Positions 15,668 to 24,809 of a stretch of DNA of 47,310 nt are shown piece after piece; positions within the stretch are counted from its first letter, which is position 1; every line of letters begins with the position of its first letter. Under the pieces are notes generated by a model, which made no database searches, was not told where the DNA came from, and saw nothing but the letters and a program-made list of their open reading frames with translations. The stretch is from a virus. Its lineage: Duplodnaviria > Caudoviricetes. Position numbers and translations under genes: made by a program. The DNA is taken from positions 1-47,310 of IMG/VR virus record IMGVR_UViG_3300017914_000233; one strand, given 5' to 3'.

Positions 15668-16616
15668 TTTAGTAGAGATGCTGCGTTACATGCGGCCAGA
15701 GGGTACAGTTACCCAACGAGAATTTTGTAAACGGTTCCTTGAACCTGTGTTTGGTAGACCAGATGAGCATGGCAATTACATCATGCAGGTTGGACATGAA
15801 CCACACCTGTGCTTTACTGCACACCATGACACAGTGCATAAGACCGAGGGTATGCAGAAGGTTGTCGTCACCAATGACATCGTGTCTGTAGCTGACAGCA
15901 AGACATCCAACTGCCTTGGTGCTGACTGTACCACTGGTATCTACATCATGCTCAATATGATTGAGGCAGGTATCGAAGGTACATACGTTGTCCATGCAGC
16001 AGAAGAAGTAGGCTGTAAGGGTAGTGCTGCATTGGTAGATGATATGCCTGACTGGTTGATGTATACCAAAGCTGTCATATCCTTTGACCGTTACGGTGAC
16101 AAGTCTGTGATTACACACCAGATGGGTATGCGTACTGCATCCGATGCATTCGCCAAGTCATTCGCAGATGCACTCAACATGCCTCAGCTCAAAGCTGATG
16201 ATGGTGGTTCGTACACTGACAGCAATGAGTATTCCCTGTTGATCTCAGAGTGTACCAACATCAGTGTCGGTTACTATGGACAGCATGGTGTCAACGAGAC
16301 ACAAGACCTTGAGTATCTTGACATGCTCATTGACCACCTAGTGTCTGCTGACTGGTCAAAGCTAGTATTCAAACGTGACCCATCTGTTATGGAGTCTTTG
16401 TACTACGACAAGAAGTCGTATGCCGTTGATAACACTAGGGAAACTGCTGACTTGGATGGTGTCATGGACTTGGTTATTGACTACCCACAAGCAGTAGCAG
16501 AGTTGCTCTGTGCATATGGCTTCACCCCATATAGTTTGATGGAAGAGTGTCAGATAGACGACATGTCACATTTTTACAACTATATGGATAATTACGCAAG
16601 TCGTAGGTATTCTTGA
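15660..16616 (+). CDS. M28/M20-like Zn-dependent peptidase
   Basis: AHHDTVH, LGADC..G, AEEVG..GS, SFDR, YTDS, QH...E motifs. Confidence 0.8.
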   Translation: MHSLVEMLRYMRPEGTVTQREFCKRFLEPVFGRPDEHGNYIMQVGHEPHLCFTAHHDTVHKTEGMQKVVVTNDIVSVADSKTSNCLGADCTTGIYIMLNMIEAGIEGTYVVHAAEEVGCKGSAALVDDMPDWLMYTKAVISFDRYGDKSVITHQMGMRTASDAFAKSFADALNMPQLKADDGGSYTDSNEYSLLISECTNISVGYYGQHGVNETQDLEYLDMLIDHLVSADWSKLVFKRDPSVMESLYYDKKSYAVDNTRETADLDGVMDLVIDYPQAVAELLCAYGFTPYSLMEECQIDDMSHFYNYMDNYASRRYS

Positions 16617-16618
16617 CC

Positions 16619-16663
16619 TTGACGAGGTTTTTAAGTTGACCTATATAATACTTAAAGTATAAC
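16619..16663 (+). promoter_or_regulatory. Overlapping sigma70-type promoters before tRNA and integrase
   Basis: TTGACG-N17-TATATA (from 16619) and TTGACC-N16-TATAAC (from 16636). Confidence 0.6.
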
Positions 16664-16727
16664 TTAGAGTTCTCTAATACTTTAGATATTTAAAGTAGTA
16701 GAGATACTTTAAGTAATACATATAGTA

Positions 16728-16804
16728 CCGCCCCTAGCTCAACTGGATAGAGCACCTGACTTCTAATCAGGGGGTTGCAGGTTCGAGTCCTGCGGGGCGG
16801 GCCA
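16728..16804 (+). tRNA. tRNA-Arg(TCT)
   Basis: Full cloverleaf: CCGCCCC/GGGGCGG acceptor, GCTC/GAGC D stem with A20, CCTGA/TCAGG anticodon stem with TCT at 16762-16764, GGTTCGAGTCC T arm, encoded CCA. Confidence 0.96.
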
Positions 16805-16816
16805 ATAGGAGTCCGC

Positions 16817-16864
16817 ATGGATGATCCACATGATGACTGTACACACTGGATAGGAAAGATATGA
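16817..16864 (+). CDS. 15-codon ORF MDDPHDDCTHWIGKI coupled to integrase
   Basis: AGGAG RBS; stop overlaps integrase ATG (ATGA). Confidence 0.5.
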   Translation: MDDPHDDCTHWIGKI

Positions 16865-17745
16865 AGTTAAAAGATGCTGTAGATAAATACCTCAACAACA
16901 GGCAATTCAATTCGTTGTCTAGATCCTCCCAGAGAAACTATGAGTATAATCTATTAGCTGTCTGTCGTATGTCTGTGATGGGCAAGACACTTGGTAATGT
17001 AAGAGTCGATAAGATTAATGCTGCCATGTGTATGGAGATGTACGATACATGGGAAGCAGAGACCTCAACCTCCAACGCAAACCATCTGTCACGAGTGTTC
17101 TCTGTTCTCATGAACTTCCTAATCACAATCGACATTGTACCTTACAACCCAATGGCAAGGGTAAAGAAACGTTCTAGTGAACCTCGTTCTGTCGTATGGA
17201 CACACGATCAGGTCATGAAGTTTCTTGATGCTGCTTTCTCTAAATTTGAATGGCGTAATATCGGACTCATCGTACTCATGTGTTACGAGTGGGGTCAACG
17301 TCCTGTGGACATTCGCCACCTCAAGTGGGATAACGTAGACCTAGATCAAGAACAGGTGACAATCACACAAACCAAACGTGGTGCTATTGTTGAACTACCC
17401 ATACCTGACAACTTAATGGAGATGTTAACGCAACAAAAAGAGGATTGGGACTTCCAACCATACGTAGTACCCAACCACAGGCCACAGGACAGTGCCTACA
17501 GGCCTCTAACCGTTTCTCAGATGACTACCCTGCTTGGAGAAGTTAAGGCTTCTGTAGGGCTTCCTGAGGAGCTTCAGGTGGGTGACCTTAGAAAGACAGC
17601 TATTGTCCAGATGATTGAGAGTGGGGTAGATCACCTTGCAATTCAATCTGTGTCTGGACACAAGAACGTTTCTAGTTTAAACCCGTATAATAAATTCAGT
17701 ATCAAGACTGCGAAGTCTGCTCTTGAAAGGAGACAAAGACAATGA
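16861..17745 (+). CDS. int: Tyrosine recombinase/integrase
   Basis: GQRPVDI..L.W, QTKRG, DLRKT, SGHK and C-terminal Y; SAM-like N-terminal domain. Confidence 0.88.
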   Translation: MKLKDAVDKYLNNRQFNSLSRSSQRNYEYNLLAVCRMSVMGKTLGNVRVDKINAAMCMEMYDTWEAETSTSNANHLSRVFSVLMNFLITIDIVPYNPMARVKKRSSEPRSVVWTHDQVMKFLDAAFSKFEWRNIGLIVLMCYEWGQRPVDIRHLKWDNVDLDQEQVTITQTKRGAIVELPIPDNLMEMLTQQKEDWDFQPYVVPNHRPQDSAYRPLTVSQMTTLLGEVKASVGLPEELQVGDLRKTAIVQMIESGVDHLAIQSVSGHKNVSSLNPYNKFSIKTAKSALERRQRQ

Positions 17746-18509
17746 TTGAAGTAACTCACATTGACCACATGGGTAGTGATTTATCTGTGGTGAATGCAGC
17801 ACGTGTTAGCTTTGGCAAAGAGTCAGTGTTTAAAGACGAATGCTTTAACTGCGGTGGACTTGCCCTAAGAAAGTATCCTGGCATAGACCTATATGGATGC
17901 CGTGAGTGCTACATAGACATACCCGCAGAAAGACTTATCTTGGAAGATAGAGATGCTAAGTTGATTAGATACCTAGCCAAGCACAACCACAAGTCACCGT
18001 TCAACCACACATTTGCTACATTCCGTGTAAAGGCACCTGTGTTTGTAGCACGTCAGCTAGTCAAGCATGAGTACATGCCGTGGAATGAGATTAGCCGTAG
18101 GTATGTGGATGATGAGCCTGAGTTCTACACGCCACCTGTATGGCGTGGACGTAGTGCTGACAAGAAGCAGGGTAGTGATGGTACAGTTGATCTTGATAAA
18201 CACTGGGATGACATACCTGATGATGGGGATTACCCTATGCCATCTCTTGCACATCAAGATGCTTTGTATTGCTACAGGGAACTTCTGAGAGCTGGTGTCT
18301 GCCCTGAGCAAGCACGTATGGTATTGCCACAGTCTATGATGACTGAGTGGTACTGGTCTGGTTCACTCTTTGCCTTTGCTAAGATGTGTGGACTACGATT
18401 GAAGGACGACACACAATATGAAACACGTGTTGTGGCAGAGAAGATCGAAGACAAAATGATGAAACTATTCCCTGTATCATGGGAAGCACTAAGGATGTAT
18501 GCAGAATGA
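17742..18509 (+). CDS. thyX: Flavin-dependent thymidylate synthase
   Basis: VNAARVS, H.SPF.H, ARQLVKH..WNEISRRY, EQARMVLP motifs. Confidence 0.93.
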   Translation: MIEVTHIDHMGSDLSVVNAARVSFGKESVFKDECFNCGGLALRKYPGIDLYGCRECYIDIPAERLILEDRDAKLIRYLAKHNHKSPFNHTFATFRVKAPVFVARQLVKHEYMPWNEISRRYVDDEPEFYTPPVWRGRSADKKQGSDGTVDLDKHWDDIPDDGDYPMPSLAHQDALYCYRELLRAGVCPEQARMVLPQSMMTEWYWSGSLFAFAKMCGLRLKDDTQYETRVVAEKIEDKMMKLFPVSWEALRMYAE

Positions 18510-18727
18510 CAGGAAAGATTGGAGTAGAGAATGTAGAGGAACATGAAGATGGTTCAGCTACATTCACAGTACAGCTAGACGATGATGTACGTGAGATGTT
18601 GGCTAGTGAGGGACTGAAGCTTGTACTCTACTGTGCAGCTGCTAAGTTAGACATGCAGGTAGTGTACGATTTTATAGAGGATCACATAAGGTATGAGAAC
18701 GATGAAGAGATACGCAGTAATGATTGA
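18506..18727 (+). CDS. Hypothetical protein
   Basis: ATG at 18506 overlaps thyX stop; EHEDGSAT motif. Confidence 0.7.
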   Translation: MTGKIGVENVEEHEDGSATFTVQLDDDVREMLASEGLKLVLYCAAAKLDMQVVYDFIEDHIRYENDEEIRSND

Positions 18728-18947
18728 CGTTGACGGGGACTGGATGTACGTCCCCGAAAACACATTTGGCTTTACAGCTGACTCAAAGGTACGTGTCTTT
18801 ACAGACAAGGCCAAAGCTGAGGAAGAGGCATCACGTTGGAACACTGGTGTGGTAGTGGACTATGACACAAAGCACATTCAACCGTTCACACAAGAGGAAC
18901 GGCAACGTGCCAAGGAGAGAGCAGAGGCTAACAATGTTCACCGTTGA
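18702..18947 (+). CDS. Hypothetical protein
   Basis: In operon; start 18693 or 18702. Confidence 0.7.
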   Translation: MKRYAVMIDVDGDWMYVPENTFGFTADSKVRVFTDKAKAEEEASRWNTGVVVDYDTKHIQPFTQEERQRAKERAEANNVHR

Positions 18948-19170
18948 GTTCGAACACGATGCATCCATTATCACTACGATAGATGAGAGTGGACAATGTG
19001 AGGACGTTGAAGTAATACTTGGCGATGATGGTCAAGTTTATATCAGGCAGTTTGATTATGACCTGAATGCCTACGATATGGTTATCATGGGCTATCAACA
19101 ATTCTTAGAAATCTTTACTGCAATCAACAGTACGGAAGGCGTGTTTAAGATACACGTAGAAAGGGGCTAA
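18934..19170 (+). CDS. Acidic hypothetical protein (MFTVEFEHD...)
   Basis: GAGG RBS before ATG at 18934. Confidence 0.7.
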   Translation: MFTVEFEHDASIITTIDESGQCEDVEVILGDDGQVYIRQFDYDLNAYDMVIMGYQQFLEIFTAINSTEGVFKIHVERG

Positions 19171-19359
19171 ATGCTAGATATGTTTACTGGTGCAGTTGTC
19201 ATGTACTTCCTTGGTGTAATCCTATTACTAGGTGTCACTGAATCAATAGATGAGGACTCACCCCACGCATCCAAAAGATTTGCCTTGACATGGCCTCTAA
19301 TATCAGTATTAGTGATATTGGAAATGTTAGTGGAGCTGTTCAATGGCAAGCAACGATAA
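19171..19359 (+). CDS. Small two-TM membrane protein
   Basis: 62 aa, two hydrophobic segments. Confidence 0.65.
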   Translation: MLDMFTGAVVMYFLGVILLLGVTESIDEDSPHASKRFALTWPLISVLVILEMLVELFNGKQR

Positions 19360-20947
19360 CCCACACTTAGCCTGTCCATACACGGATTGCGGTTCAAGTG
19401 ACGCATTCAACTGGAACGATGATGGTTTCGGCCATTGTCATTCTTGTGGTAACTCTTACCCGATGAAAGACATGCCAGAAGTCTTCGACTGGGTAAGTTC
19501 AGAATACAAACTTAAAGAGAGGAGAAACCCTATGGAAATACCTGTGGATGGTATGACATACGAGGGCATCAGAGGTATTGATGCTGACGTGTGTGAACTA
19601 TATGGAATACAGATACAGACTGGTGAAGGACGACCTGTACGTTATGCGTATAAGTATCCACACACAGTCAAGTATAGATTGTTTGACGACAAGTCTAAGT
19701 CTTGGATGAAAGACAAGGGACTTGGTATGCACTACCTGTTTGGGCCAGAGTTCAATGCAGGTACAAGTCAACGTATATACATCACCGAGGGTGAGTTCGA
19801 TGCAGCTTCTCTGTATCAGATCTTAGGTAAGACGTTTCCTGTAAAGTCACTACCCTCTGCATCCATCGGTGAAAAGTTTATCAAGCACAACCACGCCTAC
19901 CTGTCGTCTTTCAAAGAGATTGTATATGCAGGTGAGCTTGACGATGCTGGCCGTAGAGCAGCAGACAAATTATATCAGGCGTTCCCAGAAAAGTTCTGGT
20001 TTGTGCCTATGACAAAGCATAAGGATGCTAATGACTTCCTGACTGCAGGTGATGGTAAGGAACTGATGTGGGCTGCTAAGAAGCCACAACGTTACTCACC
20101 AGAGAACTTCTTCTGTTCTGATGCAGATGTGGAAGCAGCTATCCTAAATGAAAACCCTTACGAGTACGTACCCACTGGTCATTCTGGCCTCGATGACAAG
20201 ATACGTGGTATGGTCAAGGGTGGTCTTACCTTTATCAAAGCTCCTCGTGGTACTGGTAAGACCGAAGTTATCCGATACTTTGAGACTGGTCTACTACGTG
20301 ATGACAGCACACGCATTGCACTGCTGCACATGGAAGAGATGAAGTCTACAACGTATCGGGCTATGGCTACCTATGAGCTAGGTATCAATGTCCGTACAAA
20401 GGACGATGCAAGAGAAAATGGTTTTACTGAGCAGCAAGTTATTGAAGCTGCGCAGAAGCTTACACAAGGTGAACGTACAATCATTTTCGAAATGCGTAGC
20501 CATGACGATCCACTAAAGCTACTTGACTACGTGAGACTAGCTGCATCTGTTTATGGTGCAGACTTCGTATTCGTAGATCACGTACAACGACTGGCTTATC
20601 TATCCCAATCAGGGGTAGATGGTGCTACTAGCACACTAACAACCCTTGGCTCTCGTATGGCACAACTTGCCAAAGAGTTGAACATAGGTGTGGTATTTAT
20701 ATCACAGGTTAATGACGATGGACGTACTAAGTATGCAGCATCTCTTGAAGAGGAAGCTATTATCTGCGTAAAGATCGAACGAGATGTAGAGTCCGAAGAT
20801 GAGATACTTCAGAACACTACTGAATTTGTTGTTGACAAGAACAGGCCATTTGCTAAGTTGGGTAAAGCAGGATCAGTCTACTACGATCCAGAGACCACCA
20901 TACTTAGTGAAGAACCACCATACGAGGGGAGTGTAATAGCAGCATGA
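19343..20947 (+). CDS. T7 gp4-like primase-helicase
   Basis: N-terminal Cys4 Zn finger, TOPRIM ITEGEFDA and KDAND, Walker A APRGTGKT, VDH, ISQ, KNR motifs. Confidence 0.93.
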   Translation: MASNDNPHLACPYTDCGSSDAFNWNDDGFGHCHSCGNSYPMKDMPEVFDWVSSEYKLKERRNPMEIPVDGMTYEGIRGIDADVCELYGIQIQTGEGRPVRYAYKYPHTVKYRLFDDKSKSWMKDKGLGMHYLFGPEFNAGTSQRIYITEGEFDAASLYQILGKTFPVKSLPSASIGEKFIKHNHAYLSSFKEIVYAGELDDAGRRAADKLYQAFPEKFWFVPMTKHKDANDFLTAGDGKELMWAAKKPQRYSPENFFCSDADVEAAILNENPYEYVPTGHSGLDDKIRGMVKGGLTFIKAPRGTGKTEVIRYFETGLLRDDSTRIALLHMEEMKSTTYRAMATYELGINVRTKDDARENGFTEQQVIEAAQKLTQGERTIIFEMRSHDDPLKLLDYVRLAASVYGADFVFVDHVQRLAYLSQSGVDGATSTLTTLGSRMAQLAKELNIGVVFISQVNDDGRTKYAASLEEEAIICVKIERDVESEDEILQNTTEFVVDKNRPFAKLGKAGSVYYDPETTILSEEPPYEGSVIAA

Positions 20948-22791
20948 TTGTATTTGATGTAGAAGCTGACAACCTGTTGGACGATGCTACTATGATACAC
21001 TGCCTGTCTTATACTTCAGATGGTATGAACTACAAAACACTGTTTGATTATCAAGATATGCGTGATCTTATCTTGTCCCAACGTGGTTTGATTGGTCATA
21101 ACATTGTTCGATACGATGTACCATTGCTTGAGAAGATACTTGGTATCAAGATCACAGCACGGTTATTCGATACACTACCTATGTCATGGGTTCTAAACTA
21201 TAACAGACCTAAGCATGGTCTTGAGTCTTTCGGTGAAGACTTTGGTGTCCCTAAACCTAAGATTGATGACTGGCAGAATCTTACACGTGAGGAGTATGCT
21301 CACCGTTGTACTGAAGATGTTAAGATCAACTGGCTGCTCTGGAAAGACATACTCAAACGGTTCATGTTTATCTACAAGGACAAGAAAGAGTTGGATAAGT
21401 TCTTTCGTTATCTTGAGTTCAAGATGGACTGTGCAGCTACAGCCGAACAGATTGGTTGGAAGCTAGATGTCGGTTTAGCTACAAAATGTGTCGCAGACTT
21501 GACACAGCAACAGTCTGACAAAGTTGAAGAGCTTATGACTGTAATGCCTAAACGTAAAGTTACGGCTATCAAACGCAAGCCAAAGGTTTGCTTCAAGAAG
21601 GATGGCTCTGTCTCTTCCAATGGTGAGAGATGGTTTAACCTTCTTGATGAACAAAAGCTTCCCCGTCACTATGATGGTGAGGTTACAGTAGTTAAAGGTT
21701 GGAATGATCCTAACCCTAACTCTACTGAACAAGTAAAAGACTGGTTGTATTCCCTTGGTTGGGAACCTTGTACATTCAAGTTCAACAAGAACAAAGAAAC
21801 TGGTAAAGAAAAGAAAGTACCACAAGTCCGTAAGGATGGTGAGCTTACTGAGTCAGTTAAGCTTCTGATTGACAACAATCCATCAGTTGCAGTTCTTGAG
21901 GGTCTTACCATTATACAACACAGACTTGCTATCTTTCAAGGGTTCCTTGATTGTGAACGTGACGGTTATGTGAAGGCAGAGATTGATGGCCTCACCAATA
22001 CACTACGTTTCAAACATAAGAAGCCTTTGGTAAATCTTCCTGGGGTTGACAGACCTTGGGGAAAAGAAGTACGTGGCTGTTTGACTGCACCAGAGGGTTA
22101 CATTCTCTGTGGTGCTGACATGACCTCTCTTGAGGATACATGCAAACGTCACTACATGAAACCATTTGACCCAGAGTATGTAGAAGAGATGTCTCAAGCT
22201 GGCTTCGATCCTCATCTCGACTTGGCTAAACATGCTGGTGCAATCACTCAAGATGATATTGATGCTTACAACAGAGGTGAGAAACCAGAACTAAAAGCCC
22301 TACGTAAAAACTACAAGGTGGTAAACTACTCTGCCACTTACGGTGTTGGGTCACCAAAACTATCTCGTGAGACTGGTATGTCTATCAAGCAAGCACAAGC
22401 TTTGCTAGATGCATATTGGCAACGTAACTGGTCAGTCAAAGCTTTTGTAGATGCACAAAAGATTCGTACGATCAATGAAGAGATGTGGGTACAAAATCCT
22501 GTCAGCAAGTTCTGGCATTCATTACGATATGAGAAGGATGTGTTCTCTACACTCAATCAATCTACTGGTGCATACTGCTTTGACAAATGGGTTGCTTACT
22601 ACCGTAAACGTAGGCCAAACATCATCGGTCAGTTTCACGACGAATCAATTAACTTGGTAAGAGAAGGAGAACAGAATGAGCACAGTGATGCACTAAATTG
22701 GGCTATTGAAAAACTTAACGAAGATCTTAAATTAAATGTTGACTTGGGTATAGACATCCAGTATGGTCAACGGTACAGTGATGTTCACTAA
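20944..22791 (+). CDS. Family A DNA polymerase with 3'-5' exonuclease
   Basis: FDVE ExoI, GHNIVRYD ExoII, motif A ADMTSLE, motif B R..YK.VNYSATYG, motif C HDE. Confidence 0.95.
   Translation: MIVFDVEADNLLDDATMIHCLSYTSDGMNYKTLFDYQDMRDLILSQRGLIGHNIVRYDVPLLEKILGIKITARLFDTLPMSWVLNYNRPKHGLESFGEDFGVPKPKIDDWQNLTREEYAHRCTEDVKINWLLWKDILKRFMFIYKDKKELDKFFRYLEFKMDCAATAEQIGWKLDVGLATKCVADLTQQQSDKVEELMTVMPKRKVTAIKRKPKVCFKKDGSVSSNGERWFNLLDEQKLPRHYDGEVTVVKGWNDPNPNSTEQVKDWLYSLGWEPCTFKFNKNKETGKEKKVPQVRKDGELTESVKLLIDNNPSVAVLEGLTIIQHRLAIFQGFLDCERDGYVKAEIDGLTNTLRFKHKKPLVNLPGVDRPWGKEVRGCLTAPEGYILCGADMTSLEDTCKRHYMKPFDPEYVEEMSQAGFDPHLDLAKHAGAITQDDIDAYNRGEKPELKALRKNYKVVNYSATYGVGSPKLSRETGMSIKQAQALLDAYWQRNWSVKAFVDAQKIRTINEEMWVQNPVSKFWHSLRYEKDVFSTLNQSTGAYCFDKWVAYYRKRRPNIIGQFHDESINLVREGEQNEHSDALNWAIEKLNEDLKLNVDLGIDIQYGQRYSDVH
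22739..22767 (+). promoter_or_regulatory. Internal promoter for SSB
   Basis: TTGACT-N17-TATGGT in the end of the polymerase gene. Confidence 0.55.
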
Positions 22792-22806
22792 ACAATGGAG
22801 GGCCGC

Positions 22807-23316
22807 ATGGCTACACGTAAAGTAAAACTTTCTGGAATTGCCGAATGGGCAAAAGTATTTGAGCAAAATCGTGACATGAAAGGTTACGAAGGTGCTTACG
22901 AAGTACACGATGGTGCTTGCACTATTGATCTCATCATGGATGAGGCTAATGTAGCTGCACTAAAGGCTTCACGTTCAATCAAGCAACCACGGGACGAAGG
23001 TAATGGGCAATTCAGAACAAAATTTATCCGCAAATTCAACACAGGGCGTGACTGGGACAGTGGTGCACCTGTTGTTACGAAGTCTGATGGTACTCCTTGG
23101 GATTTCGATACTGATGGTGCCATTGGTAATGGGTCTACTGTAGAAGTAATCCTGTCCGTCTACGACACTTCCTATAAAAATCGTGCAGGTACACGACTTG
23201 ATTCTGTAAAAGTTATCAACTTTGTACCAGCCGATAACGTAATCCAAGCCGAAACAATATCGGCGGATACCGCAGCTGCTCCTGCTGCACCCAAAACAGA
23301 CGAAGTTCTGTTCTAG
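22807..23316 (+). CDS. ssDNA-binding protein, T7 gp2.5-like
   Basis: IGNGS.V.V and RL..VKV motifs, acidic tail ending in F, GGAGG RBS. Confidence 0.75.
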   Translation: MATRKVKLSGIAEWAKVFEQNRDMKGYEGAYEVHDGACTIDLIMDEANVAALKASRSIKQPRDEGNGQFRTKFIRKFNTGRDWDSGAPVVTKSDGTPWDFDTDGAIGNGSTVEVILSVYDTSYKNRAGTRLDSVKVINFVPADNVIQAETISADTAAAPAAPKTDEVLF

Positions 23317-23334
23317 TTTCCTTGCAACTTAACT

Positions 23335-23359
23335 GGCCCCCTTCGGGGGGCTACTTTTT
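23335..23359 (+). terminator. Rho-independent terminator
   Basis: GGCCCCC-TTCG-GGGGGCT followed by ACTTTTT. Confidence 0.8.
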
Positions 23360-23370
23360 AAGGATAAGAT

Positions 23371-24225
23371 ATGAAAACGATTGATACTCTAGTCGAGGAC
23401 ATTGAATCAGTTATCTACGGTCAAGGCGGCTGGAATAAATCTGTTGCAGAAGCTATGGGTAAAAGCATTGCTGACACTGCGAACAAAAGATTTAGCAAAC
23501 CACAGGAGCCTCGTGGGTATCTATCTCTGTCGTCCATCGGCACACCATGTAAACGTAAGTTATGGTACAAGATAAACAAACCAGGATTCGGTGAACCTCT
23601 TGGTGCTAACATGTTACTCAAGTTCTTCTATGGCGATATGATCGAAGAGCTAGTTCTAGCTATGGTTGTAGCATCTGGTCACAGTATGAAAGGTTCTCAA
23701 GACAGACTTACGGTACACGGCATTCGTGGTCACCGTGATGCTGTTATTGATGGTATGACTATTGACGTTAAGTCATGTAGTCCATACGCATTCAAAAAAT
23801 TCAAAGAAGGTAACCTACGTGAGAATGATCCATTCGGATACATCAGTCAGCTATCTTCTTATGTCTATGCAGCTAAAGATGACCCACTAGTTACAGATAA
23901 AACACGTGGTGCATTTCTAGCTATCGACAAAGTAAACGGAGAGATTTGCCTAGATGTTTACGACTTTACTGAAGAGCTTAAAACAAAAGAGCAAGAGATG
24001 CTTGCCGCAAAAGACTTGGTTGCAGGTGACATACCTACTGAACGTATACCACCCGTACCTGCCAGCAAGTCTAGCCCTAACACCAAGCTAGACAAGTCTT
24101 GTCAGTTCTGTGAATACAAGAAAGCTTGTTGGCCTAACCTAAAGATGTACCAATACTCCTACGGTATTGAATACCTAGTGCATGTAGAAAAGCCACCTAA
24201 AGTTCCAGAGGTAACTGATGGCTAG
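23371..24225 (+). CDS. PD-(D/E)XK exonuclease, Cas4/RecB-like
   Basis: LSLSSIG.PC.RKLW, GHRD, DVKS, YISQL..Y, CQFCEYK..CW. Confidence 0.85.
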   Translation: MKTIDTLVEDIESVIYGQGGWNKSVAEAMGKSIADTANKRFSKPQEPRGYLSLSSIGTPCKRKLWYKINKPGFGEPLGANMLLKFFYGDMIEELVLAMVVASGHSMKGSQDRLTVHGIRGHRDAVIDGMTIDVKSCSPYAFKKFKEGNLRENDPFGYISQLSSYVYAAKDDPLVTDKTRGAFLAIDKVNGEICLDVYDFTEELKTKEQEMLAAKDLVAGDIPTERIPPVPASKSSPNTKLDKSCQFCEYKKACWPNLKMYQYSYGIEYLVHVEKPPKVPEVTDG

Positions 24226-24574
24226 GACTGCAAAAAACAAAGGTAGACTTGGGCAAAATGAAATCAGGGACAAGTTACTAGAAGCTTTTCCAGAGTTTGA
24301 ACCAGATGACATCAAGTCTACTACTATGGGGGACACAGGAGAAGACATCCAACTGTCCCCTGCTGTAAGAAAAAAGCTACCCATCTCTATCGAAGTAAAA
24401 AGACGAAAAGCCGCACTTAAAACTGTGTATGATTTCTTAGATCAAGCTGCACATCATGGTAAAGGTGAACCAGTTGTGTTTTTTAGAGCTGATCGTAAAC
24501 CTTGGGTTGTAATGGTTGGCATTGAGCACTATATAGAACTAATACAATCGTGGGATAAAAAAGATGAAAGTTAA
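24218..24574 (+). CDS. Holliday junction resolvase-like nuclease
   Basis: K.KGR, GEDI, IEVK, QA, P.V.F motifs. Confidence 0.75.
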   Translation: MARTAKNKGRLGQNEIRDKLLEAFPEFEPDDIKSTTMGDTGEDIQLSPAVRKKLPISIEVKRRKAALKTVYDFLDQAAHHGKGEPVVFFRADRKPWVVMVGIEHYIELIQSWDKKDES

Positions 24575-24800
24575 AATATGGGGTGTAGTACAAGGACCAA
24601 TTAGTGTAGATGAATCAGGTGAAGATGCCCCTGACGGTGCTAATTGGTTCATGGTTTGCAAAGCAGAGGTAGATGGTGTTATGGGTGATGATAATTTCTG
24701 GTTTGAAAGTTTTGATGATGCTTACGAATGGGAATCACATTTTCAGAAAAGTATTGAGCCACTTGTCATTGACATGGGGCCATCTTCTGAATATAACTAG
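24564..24800 (+). CDS. Acidic hypothetical protein
   Basis: 78 aa, in operon. Confidence 0.7.
   Translation: MKVKIWGVVQGPISVDESGEDAPDGANWFMVCKAEVDGVMGDDNFWFESFDDAYEWESHFQKSIEPLVIDMGPSSEYN
24769..24797 (+). promoter_or_regulatory. Internal promoter for the nucleotide-metabolism block
   Basis: TTGACA-N17-TATAAC. Confidence 0.7.
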
Positions 24801-24809
24801 AGGTTCGCC

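Noticed and set aside
20944-22791. DnaJ-like insert or intein in the polymerase
   Set aside because: No CxxCxGxG repeats or intein ends; length is compact
23371-24225. Cas4 as part of a CRISPR system
   Set aside because: Stand-alone Cas4-like exonucleases are routine in phage replication modules
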